From NCBI GenBank assembly GCA_016220005.1, contig JACRIV010000027.1, forward strand, positions 11,151-75,150: 64,000 nucleotides of DNA. The letters are read 5' to 3'. The notes beneath the pieces were generated by a model that did no database searches, was not told the DNA's origin, and was given only the letters and a program-made list of their open reading frames with translations. The stretch's first letter is position 1. The number at the start of each line of letters is the position of its first letter. Shown here piece after piece: positions 55,401-62,971 of the stretch. Source of the stretch: Deltaproteobacteria bacterium. GTDB taxonomy: Bacteria; Desulfobacterota; Deferrimicrobia; Deferrimicrobiales; Deferrimicrobiaceae. The translations under genes were made by a program, and so were the position numbers.

Positions 55401-56301
55401 TGATCCGATCGAGGAAGATGATCCCCGGCTCGCCGTTTCGCCACGCGGAGTCGACGATCTTCTCGAACACCTCCCGCGCCTTGAGGCGGGCGGCGACCTC
55501 CCGGGAGTGGGGGTTGACCAGGTCGTACTCGGAGTCGGCCTCCACCGCCTTCATGAACTCCTCGGTCAGCGCCACCGAGATGTTGAAGTTGTTCAGCCGG
55601 TCGTTCTTCGTCTTGCAGGTGATGAAGTCGAGGATGTCGGGATGGTCCACGCGGAGGATCCCCATGTTGGCGCCCCGCCTCGTGCCTCCCTGCTTGATCG
55701 TCTCGGTGGCGGCGTCGAACACGGTCATGAAGGAAATGGGTCCGGAGGAGATCCCCTTGGTCGACTTGACCACATCGTGCTTGGGCCGCAGCCGGGAGAA
55801 GGAGAAGCCGGTCCCCCCGCCGCTCTTGTGGATGAGGGCGGTGTTCTTGACCGCTTCGAAGATGGAGTCCATCGAGTCGTCGACGGGCAGCACGAAACAG
55901 GCCGACAGCTGCTGCAGCTCCCGCCCCGCGTTCATCAGGGTGGGGGAGTTGGGGACGAAGTCCATTCGGGACATCATCGCATAGAAGGTCTCCGCCCACT
56001 GCAGCACCACCTCGGGGATGGCGCCGTAGTATAGCCCTTCCGCCGACGCGATGTTGCACGCGACGCGGGCCGCCATCTCCTCGGGAGACTCGAGGGCCTT
56101 CCCGTGTGCGTCCTTCTTGAGGTACCTCCGTTCCAGCACTTTCCGCGCGTTTTCGGAGATCGGGAGCGGGCCGTATTTCCGGGAAATCCGCTCGATCCAC
56201 TCCTTGGCCGGGATTCCGGCGACCCCCTTCCCCGGGGTCCGGGCGACGGCTCCCTTGAAATCGGTTCCTGCCTTCGCCTCGGCTGGCGCATTCAGGTCCA
56301 T
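52492..56301 (-). CDS. nrdJ: Class II (adenosylcobalamin-dependent) ribonucleoside-diphosphate/triphosphate reductase NrdJ, interrupted by an intein
   Basis: 1269-aa ORF. Exteins carry class II RNR hallmarks ...[13 protein letters not shown]..., ...AIESTNP|...|[20 protein letters not shown]..., ...[22 protein letters not shown]..., and a C-terminal Zn ribbon CPDCGS...CLKCRSCG. About 456 aa inserted at the catalytic NPC|GE site are intein-like. Confidence 0.9.
   Translation of the reverse strand: [1269 protein letters not shown]
53983..55350 (-). mobile_element. Intein (~456 aa) with an HNH homing-endonuclease-like domain, inserted at the active-site Cys of NrdJ; it ends ...VLQ (C-terminal Gln) before the +1 Cys
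   Basis: Starts [10 protein letters not shown] (block A Cys1). Internal HNH-like ...[44 protein letters not shown] plus a CxxC...C zinc-binding segment. Near the end, [17 protein letters not shown] (block F-like) ...HHYVNVLQ, then |CGEQP resumes the conserved NrdJ motif. Confidence 0.7.
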
Positions 56302-56385
56302 TTTTCACTCCATCCGGGGCGCTTTTCGGGGAAAAGCGCCGAGTCAATTATATGATAGCTTATCTTGTGGCCTTCAGGATCACGG

Positions 56386-56418
56386 ATACAAGATATTGTG
56401 TCCGCCATACCCTGTCAA
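56386..56418 (-). promoter_or_regulatory. Candidate sigma-70 promoter of nrdJ overlapped by an NrdR-box-like palindrome
   Basis: The minus strand reads TTGACA-N17-TATCTT, with ACACAATATCTTGTAT (consensus ~acaCwAtATaTwGtgt) overlapping the -10. It is ~85–115 nt upstream of the nrdJ ATG. No nrdR gene is in the window. Confidence 0.35.
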
Positions 56419-56838
56419 GAAAAAGGCGGGCGCAAAAAATAATTCCGCTAACTGGCGCTCCCCTCGGCAATTCCAAGTCGATAAAACAATGTTTAGCCCG
56501 CCGGCTTCTAGAGGATGCGCCGGATCTCCTCGGGGAGGTCATCGGGCAACGGCGCGTTTCTAAAGATGATTTCCTCGAGGATGCGGTCCTGCAGCCCCAG
56601 GAGCCGCGCCAGGGGGGCGATTGCGGTCTCTCCCATCTCCGCGCTTCCTCAACGATCACGGAGAGAAGCTCGAGGGTGCTGCGGCGGGAGGCCTGGAACC
56701 GGAGCTCCCGAGGATGTCGTCCGGGATTGCCACGGGGATTCGTACCGAAGATACAGTATCGGAGCGGTGGACGGGGGTAAACCGGCACCCGCCGGCGAGG
56801 TCACACGGGTCGCGAATTTTCGGCTTGATTCTCCCCGT

Positions 56839-56868
56839 TTGATGCTGTATGTATACAGTCGACAATAT
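56839..56868 (+). promoter_or_regulatory. Candidate promoter of the cbc-like cytochrome operon with a palindromic operator in the spacer
   Basis: TTGATG (56839-56844), a 17–18-nt spacer, then CAATAT. The spacer contains the perfect inverted repeat CTGTAT-gt-ATACAG (56845-56858). It is ~60 nt upstream of ATG 56924. Confidence 0.3.
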
Positions 56869-56923
56869 TCGTAACGGATCGCATTTGGGCGGCTCGCGGT
56901 GAACTGGCCGGATCAAGGAGGGG

Positions 56924-58984
56924 GTGGACATGTTTCCCCTGCGCCGGGAAAGGGTTTGCTTCGTCGCACCGGTCGCTTCCGTTTTGTTGTTCTTATTCGC
57001 CGTCCTTTCCGCCGGGACGTCCTTCGCCCTGGATAACGGGCAGTGTTTCGACTGCCACGGCGATTCGGGGATCCTCGCCTGGTCCGCCTCGGAAAAGGCG
57101 AGCAACGTGAAGGCCCGCGGGCCGGCAAAGCCCGCCCGCTTCGTCGGCCCGTTCCCCGGCATCTCCCTCTACGTCGACTCCGGCAAGTACAAGGCCTCGG
57201 TCCACGCGGACCTCTCCTGCACGGACTGCCACGGGGACGTCACGGACCTTCCCCACACCGCCCGGCTCGCCCCCGTGGACTGCTCGGGCTGCCATTCCGC
57301 GGCGGCCGCGGTCTTCAAGAAGAGCAGGCACGTGGTGGTGCACAAGAAGAACAACGTGGGGTACACCCCCCGGTGCTCCGACTGCCACGGGGCGCACGCA
57401 ATCACGAAGTCGTCCGTCTCCACTTCGCCCGTCTACTTCCGGAACATCGCGGCGACCTGCACGCGGTGCCACGCCAGCCGGGAGCTGGCCGAGCGGGGCG
57501 GCATCGCCATTCCCGGCGCGGCGAAGATGTATGAAAAGAGCATCCACAACCGGGCGATCGTCGAGAAGGGGCTGAACAAGTCCGCAAGCTGCGTCGACTG
57601 CCACGGATCGCACGACCTTACGGACCGGCTCGACCCCGCTTCGCCCATCTTCCGGTCGAATATCCCCGAGACCTGCGGAAAATGCCACTACGGTGTGTAC
57701 ACGATCTTCCGGGACAGCGTCCACGGGGCGGCGTTCTACCGGGGCGTCCCCGACGCCCCCGGGTGCACCGACTGTCATGGAGAGCACGACATCCGCCAGG
57801 CGGCGGACCCCGGCTCCAGCGTATCCTTCGCCGCGGTGTCGGAGAAGACCTGCCCCTCCTGCCATGCCGCCGAGAAGCTTTCCAACCGGTACGGCGTCGC
57901 TACGGAGAAGGTGAAGGGCTACCAGGAGAGCTTCCACGGGCTTTCCCAGAAACTCGGGGACACGACGGTGGCCAACTGCTCCTCCTGCCACGGGGGCCAC
58001 GAGATCTTCCGGTCCTCCGATCCCCGTTCGACCGTGCATCCCAAGAACCTCCAGGTCACCTGCGGGAAGTGCCACCCCGGGGCCACGGAGAACTTCGCCA
58101 AGGGGAACATCCACGTCGGCCCGGGCGGGGTCGGGGGGGAGGTCAAGTACTGGGTGGAGAGGATCTACATCTGGATGATCGTCGTGGTCATCGGCGGGAT
58201 GGTCGTCCACAACGGCGCCGATTATTTCCGGAAGCTGCAGGCCATCTACCGGCAGCGGAGGGAGTGGGAGCATCCGGGGTACGAGCGGATGAACGCGCCG
58301 GAACGGCTGCAGCATTACCTCACCCTGACGACTTTCTTCGTCCTCGTGATCACCGGCTTCGCGCTGAAATACAAGTGGTCGATCCCGTTCCTCTCGGACG
58401 CGGCGAACGTGGCCCTGCGGGCGAAGGGGCACCGCGTCGCGGCCGTGCTCATGGTGGCGACGTGCGTCTATCACGTTTTCTACGTGATCTTCACGGCCAG
58501 GGGACGGGACCAGTTCGTCCGGATGATGCCCGTTCTGCAGGACGGCCGGGACGTCGCAGGGATGATCAGGTACTTCGCGGGGCTCGATCACCACAAGCCC
58601 GCGTTCGGCCGGTACAGCTACGTGGAAAAGGCGGAGTACCTGGCCCTGGTGTGGGGCTCGATCGTCATGATCGTCACCGGGTTCATGCTCTGGTTCCAGG
58701 ACGAGACGCTCCGGCACATCCCCATGTGGGGCCTGGACGTGGCGACGATCGTCCATTACTACGAGGCAATCCTGGCCACCCTGGCCATTTTCGTCTGGCA
58801 CCTGTATTACGTGATCCTGAACCCTGACGTCGCCCCGATGTCGCTCACCTGGATCGACGGGAAGATCTCCCGCCACCACATGGAGCACGAGCACGGGCTG
58901 GAGCTCCGGGAAATCGAGGATCAGGAAAAGCAGGTCGGGGCCAGGGCGCCGGGAGGAACAAGGATCGCCACGGAGGAACCATGA
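56924..58984 (+). CDS. Fused multiheme cytochrome c (11 CxxCH) / di-heme cytochrome b (FdnI/HydC-like) membrane protein, CbcL-like
   Basis: Signal/TM segment, then CxxCH motifs CFDCH, CTDCH, CSGCH, CSDCH, CTRCH, CVDCH, CGKCH, CTDCH, CPSCH, CSSCH, CGKCH. The C-terminal ~260 aa have 4–5 TM helices with conserved His (…YWVERIYIWMIVVVIGGMVVHNG…, …VYHVFYVIF…, …VWHLYYVIL…), the type found in formate dehydrogenase gamma subunits. RBS AAGGAGGGGG. Confidence 0.8.
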   Translation: MDMFPLRRERVCFVAPVASVLLFLFAVLSAGTSFALDNGQCFDCHGDSGILAWSASEKASNVKARGPAKPARFVGPFPGISLYVDSGKYKASVHADLSCTDCHGDVTDLPHTARLAPVDCSGCHSAAAAVFKKSRHVVVHKKNNVGYTPRCSDCHGAHAITKSSVSTSPVYFRNIAATCTRCHASRELAERGGIAIPGAAKMYEKSIHNRAIVEKGLNKSASCVDCHGSHDLTDRLDPASPIFRSNIPETCGKCHYGVYTIFRDSVHGAAFYRGVPDAPGCTDCHGEHDIRQAADPGSSVSFAAVSEKTCPSCHAAEKLSNRYGVATEKVKGYQESFHGLSQKLGDTTVANCSSCHGGHEIFRSSDPRSTVHPKNLQVTCGKCHPGATENFAKGNIHVGPGGVGGEVKYWVERIYIWMIVVVIGGMVVHNGADYFRKLQAIYRQRREWEHPGYERMNAPERLQHYLTLTTFFVLVITGFALKYKWSIPFLSDAANVALRAKGHRVAAVLMVATCVYHVFYVIFTARGRDQFVRMMPVLQDGRDVAGMIRYFAGLDHHKPAFGRYSYVEKAEYLALVWGSIVMIVTGFMLWFQDETLRHIPMWGLDVATIVHYYEAILATLAIFVWHLYYVILNPDVAPMSLTWIDGKISRHHMEHEHGLELREIEDQEKQVGARAPGGTRIATEEP

Positions 58985-60240
58985 AACGGATGCGGATGCT
59001 CGCGCTCGCCGTATTGGCCGCAGCGGTTCTGCTTGCCGCGGCCCCCGCCGGCCCGGCGCCTACGGCCGCCTTCAAGGAATGCCTGGAGTGCCACGGCGAC
59101 AAGTCGATCGAGAAAGCCCTCCCGGGCGGGGGGACGCTGTCGCTGTACGTCGATGAAAAGGCGTACCGGGGGACGGTGCACGGGAAAGGGGCCTGCACGA
59201 CGTGCCATTCGGACGCGAAAGCCCCCCACGGCAAGCTCGCCAAGGTTTCGTGCGGCACGTGCCACCCGGACGCGGAGAAATCCTACGCCGGAAGCACCCA
59301 CGGGAAAGGCTACGCCAAGGGGAACCGCGACGTCGCGTCGTGCGCGAGCTGCCACGGAAAGCACGAGATCCGCAAGGCCCAGGACCCCGCGTCCCGAACG
59401 TTCCATCTGAACATCGCGGCGGTGTGCCTCGCATGCCACAAGGACCGCGCGATCGAGGACAAGTACGGGCTTCCCGGCCAGAAGGTGATGGAGGCGTACG
59501 AGAAGAGCGTCCACGGCATGGCCCTCAAGAAGTCGGGCCTGATGGGGACGGCGGTGTGCCCCGACTGCCACGGCAACCACGCCATCCTCCCCGGGGACCA
59601 GCCGCGTTCCGCCACCCATCGACAGAACATCCCGACCCTGTGCGGGAAGTGCCACTCCGGCATCCTGGAGCAATACGAGGCGAGCGTCCACGGGAAGGGC
59701 ATGCGCGCGGGGATCGCCGAGTCGCCCGTGTGCACGGACTGCCACGGGGAGCACACGATCACCAAGATCTCGGACCCGGCCTCCCCGGTCTTTGCGAAGA
59801 ACATTCCGAAGACCTGCTCGGCCTGCCACGAGAAGGAGGGGATCTCCTCCCGCTACGCCCTGCCCAAGAAGCGTTTCGCCACCTACATGGAGTCGTTCCA
59901 CGGGATCGCCCTGGAATACGGGATGACCAAGGCGGCCAACTGCGCCTCCTGCCACGGGTTCCACGGCATCCTGCCCTCGTCGGACCCGGCGTCGCCGGTC
60001 AACAAGGCGAACCTCCCCCGGACCTGCGGGAAGTGCCACCCCAACGCGGGGCCGAATTTCGCGAAGGGGGCGGTCCACGTCGAGGTGACGGCCCAGAAGG
60101 CGATGGGGGTGTTCGCTGTGCGGGTCTTCTACACGATCTTCATCTCCGCGCTGGTGATCCTGTTCGTCCTCCACGTTGGGCTGGACCTTATTGGCAGGTG
60201 GCGCCGTCGTGAACGCGCGGAAGAGGCAAGGAAGGAGTGA
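58981..60240 (+). CDS. Membrane-anchored multiheme cytochrome c (11 CxxCH), paralog of the c-domain of the preceding gene
   Basis: Signal peptide, 11 CxxCH motifs (CLECH...CGKCH) and a C-terminal TM anchor VFAVRVFYTIFISALVILFVLHVGL. Its ATG overlaps the upstream TGA (ATGA). It shares repeated ...DP.S.V...N.P.TCGKCH units with the other c-type genes. Confidence 0.8.
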   Translation: MKRMRMLALAVLAAAVLLAAAPAGPAPTAAFKECLECHGDKSIEKALPGGGTLSLYVDEKAYRGTVHGKGACTTCHSDAKAPHGKLAKVSCGTCHPDAEKSYAGSTHGKGYAKGNRDVASCASCHGKHEIRKAQDPASRTFHLNIAAVCLACHKDRAIEDKYGLPGQKVMEAYEKSVHGMALKKSGLMGTAVCPDCHGNHAILPGDQPRSATHRQNIPTLCGKCHSGILEQYEASVHGKGMRAGIAESPVCTDCHGEHTITKISDPASPVFAKNIPKTCSACHEKEGISSRYALPKKRFATYMESFHGIALEYGMTKAANCASCHGFHGILPSSDPASPVNKANLPRTCGKCHPNAGPNFAKGAVHVEVTAQKAMGVFAVRVFYTIFISALVILFVLHVGLDLIGRWRRRERAEEARKE

Positions 60241-60941
60241 CGCCGATGAGCGCAGAATCCCCGAAATCCGCCCAGGTCGTCCGCATGTCGTTGATGTACC
60301 GCGTGCAGCACCTGCTGCTCATGGTCACGCTGCTGGTGCTGGCCCTGACCGGCTTCACGCTGATGTACCACGAAAACTGGCTGGGCAGGACCCTGATCCG
60401 GCTGGAGGGCGGAGTCCTCTTCCGCGGATTCATCCACCGGGCCGCCGCCGTCCTCCTGATGGCCCAGCTCGTCTACCACGCCTTCTACATGCTCTTCTCC
60501 CGGGAGGGGAAGCGGGAGATGCGGGATGTCCTCCTCCGAAGGCAGGACTTCGACGACTTCCTCCAGGCGATCCGGTATAACCTGGGGCTCGCCGGGGAAT
60601 ATCCCCGCTTCGGGAAGTACGGTTACAAGGAGAAGTTCCAGTATTGGGGCGCGACGAGCGGCGTCTTCCTCATCTCGGTGACCGGCGTCATCCTCTGGGT
60701 GGAGACCTTCTCGATGAAGTTCCTCCCGAAGTTCGTCCTCGACCTGACGCTGATCATTCACGGATACCAGGGGTTGCTGTTGTTCGTCATTCTCCTTTTC
60801 TGGCACGTCTACAACGAGCACCTGCACCCGTCGGTCTTCCCGATGAACATGGCCTGGCTGACCGGGAAGGTGGAGGTGGAGTGGCTTCGCCAGGAGCATC
60901 CGCTGGAGTACGAAAAACTCAAACAGGAAGGGATCATATGA
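60237..60941 (+). CDS. Di-heme cytochrome b (FdnI/Ni-hydrogenase cytochrome b family), membrane subunit
   Basis: 234 aa. ...MYRVQHLLLMVTLLVLALTGFTLMYHE...FIHRAAAVLLMAQLVYHAFYML...ISVTGVILW...LLFVILLFWHVYNEHLHP: four TM helices with His ligands. ATGA overlap with both neighbours. Confidence 0.75.
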   Translation: MTPMSAESPKSAQVVRMSLMYRVQHLLLMVTLLVLALTGFTLMYHENWLGRTLIRLEGGVLFRGFIHRAAAVLLMAQLVYHAFYMLFSREGKREMRDVLLRRQDFDDFLQAIRYNLGLAGEYPRFGKYGYKEKFQYWGATSGVFLISVTGVILWVETFSMKFLPKFVLDLTLIIHGYQGLLLFVILLFWHVYNEHLHPSVFPMNMAWLTGKVEVEWLRQEHPLEYEKLKQEGII

Positions 60942-62005
60942 AGGGAAGAGTCATCTGCGCAGTTATCGCCGCCCTGCTCCCGGGGATCGGGTCCCTCGGC
61001 GCTGTGCCGAGCGCGGAGGCAAGGGTCTCCCTGGAAAAGTGCACCCTCTGCCACGGCAAGCCCGAGTTCCGGAAGATCCTCGTGGACGGGAAGATCCGGG
61101 ACCTGTTCGTGACGGCCGACACGCTGAAGGGGTCGGTGCACGAGAAGAAGACGTGCGTGGACTGCCACTTCGACATCAGCGAGATCCCGCACCGCGAACG
61201 GCCTCGCCGCATCGCCTGCACCCACTGCCACTACAAGGGGAACGCCGAGGGGGCGCCCCAGTCGGACGCCTATCTGGCCTATTTCGACTCCGTGCACGGG
61301 AAGGCGATCGCCAAGGGAAACAGCAAGGCCCCGCTGTGCCAGGACTGCCACGGGAACCACAACATCCTCAAGGCGAAGAACCCCGAGGCGGCGGTGGCGC
61401 GCACCAAGGTCGCCGAGACGTGCGGGCGCTGCCACATCGAGATCTACGCCCAGTACAAGACCTCGATCCACGGCGTGGCGCTCGGCAAGGGGATCGTCGA
61501 GGCGCCGTCGTGCACGGGCTGCCACGGGGAGCACAAGATCTACGGCCACGAGGACCCGAAGTCGACGGTGTATGCCACCCACGTGGCCGACCAGTGCTCC
61601 AAGTGCCACGCGTCGGTCTCCGTCATGGGGAAGTTCGGCATCGAGACGGAGCAGGTGGCGACCTACAAGGAATCGTTCCACGGGGTGGCGAGCCAGTTCG
61701 GATCGCGGACCGTGGCCAACTGCGCCTCCTGCCACGGCACGCACGACATCCGCCCCGCGGAGGACCCCCTTTCCTCGGTGAACCCGAAGAACGTCCCGAA
61801 GACCTGCGGGAAGTGCCATCCCGGGGCGAACCCCAATTTCGCCGTCGGGAAGATGCACATCGACGCAAAGAAGAAGGAGGCCGGGATCGTCTACTACGTG
61901 GCGTCCTTCTTCAAGTACCTCACCATCGGCACCATGCTCGCCCTCATCGCGCACATCTTCCTCGACATGTACGGGCGGACCCGGAGACTGCGCGGGGAGA
62001 AGTAG
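60938..62005 (+). CDS. Membrane-anchored multiheme cytochrome c (9 CxxCH)
   Basis: Real start MKGRVICAVIAALLPG (ATG 60938 overlapping the upstream TGA; the ORF-track start at 60644 was rejected). CxxCH motifs: CTLCH, CVDCH, CTHCH, CQDCH, CGRCH, CTGCH, CSKCH, CASCH, CGKCH. C-terminal TM anchor. Confidence 0.8.
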   Translation: MKGRVICAVIAALLPGIGSLGAVPSAEARVSLEKCTLCHGKPEFRKILVDGKIRDLFVTADTLKGSVHEKKTCVDCHFDISEIPHRERPRRIACTHCHYKGNAEGAPQSDAYLAYFDSVHGKAIAKGNSKAPLCQDCHGNHNILKAKNPEAAVARTKVAETCGRCHIEIYAQYKTSIHGVALGKGIVEAPSCTGCHGEHKIYGHEDPKSTVYATHVADQCSKCHASVSVMGKFGIETEQVATYKESFHGVASQFGSRTVANCASCHGTHDIRPAEDPLSSVNPKNVPKTCGKCHPGANPNFAVGKMHIDAKKKEAGIVYYVASFFKYLTIGTMLALIAHIFLDMYGRTRRLRGEK

Positions 62006-62011
62006 CAAACT

Positions 62012-62971
62012 ATGCCAGGGAGTGAACGCATGCGTGTAGACGAAAAAAGGGAACCTTTGCAGGAAATCATCGAGAAGGAGATCGAAGCGGCCTTGGCGGA
62101 GGAGACCGCCCACCTTGACCCCGAGAAGGCGGCCGAGCTCCGCGAGAAGATCCGCCGGCGGGTGCGCGAGGAGATGGAGCGGGAGATCCGCCTCCGGACG
62201 GCGGCCGAGCGCAGGGAGGAGGAGCGGAGGCGCAGGGAGGAGCGGAGGCGGGAGAAACGGCACGAGGAAGGGGAGATGTTCCAGCGGTTCAACCGGAACT
62301 TCCGCTTCCAGCACATCGTGATGTTCACCTCGGTCATCCTCCTGATCATCACGGGGATGCCGATCAAGTTCCCCAACTTCATCCTCTCCCGGTTCGTCGT
62401 AGCCATGTGGGGCGGGATCGGCAACTCCACCATCGTGCACCGGATCGGCGCGGGGATGCTGATCTACTTCATGGTGCACCACCTCTTTTACACCATCCTC
62501 TCCCGTGACGGCCGGAGGGACTTCATGCTGCTCATCCCGATGCCCAAGGACGTGCGGGACGCCGCCCGGAACATCCGCTATTTCCTCGGGAGAACGACGG
62601 AGAAGCCCCGGTTCGGCCGGTTCAGCTACATCGAGAAGTTCGACTACTGGGCGGTCTACTGGGGATGCGTCATCATGATCGGTTCGGGGGCGCTTCTCTG
62701 GGGGGAGTCGATCGCGCTGAAATTCTTCCCGAAGTTCGTTTTGGACATCGCCCACGAGGCGCACAGCGACGAGGCGCTGCTCGCCACGCTGGCGATCGTG
62801 ATCTGGCACTTCTACAACGTCCACTTCAATCCCGACCGGTTTCCGGGGACGCTCATGTGGTGGCACGGGCAGATCTCGGAACACGAGATGAAGGACCATC
62901 ACCCGCTCGAGTACGAGGAGATCATGGCGAAGCGGGCCAAGCAAGAAGCGGCGGAGGTCATCAACCGATGA
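62012..62971 (+). CDS. Di-heme cytochrome b (FdnI-like) with a highly charged Glu/Arg-rich N-terminal extension
   Basis: N-terminal ~90 aa ...REEMEREIRLRTAAERREEERRRREERRREKRHEE..., then a four-TM cytochrome b core (...FRFQHIVMFTSVILLIITGM..., ...MVHHLFYTIL..., ...IVIWHFYNVHFNP...). Paralog of 60237..60941. Confidence 0.75.
   Translation: MPGSERMRVDEKREPLQEIIEKEIEAALAEETAHLDPEKAAELREKIRRRVREEMEREIRLRTAAERREEERRRREERRREKRHEEGEMFQRFNRNFRFQHIVMFTSVILLIITGMPIKFPNFILSRFVVAMWGGIGNSTIVHRIGAGMLIYFMVHHLFYTILSRDGRRDFMLLIPMPKDVRDAARNIRYFLGRTTEKPRFGRFSYIEKFDYWAVYWGCVIMIGSGALLWGESIALKFFPKFVLDIAHEAHSDEALLATLAIVIWHFYNVHFNPDRFPGTLMWWHGQISEHEMKDHHPLEYEEIMAKRAKQEAAEVINR

Noticed and set aside
52370-56034. 537-, 550- and 475-aa ORFs overlapping nrdJ
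   Set aside because: Shadow frames of the 1269-aa nrdJ/intein ORF.
56352-56874. 119–142-aa ORFs on both strands in the nrdJ/cbc intergenic region
   Set aside because: No RBS and no protein-like composition; they overlap each other and probable promoter elements. Treated as non-coding.
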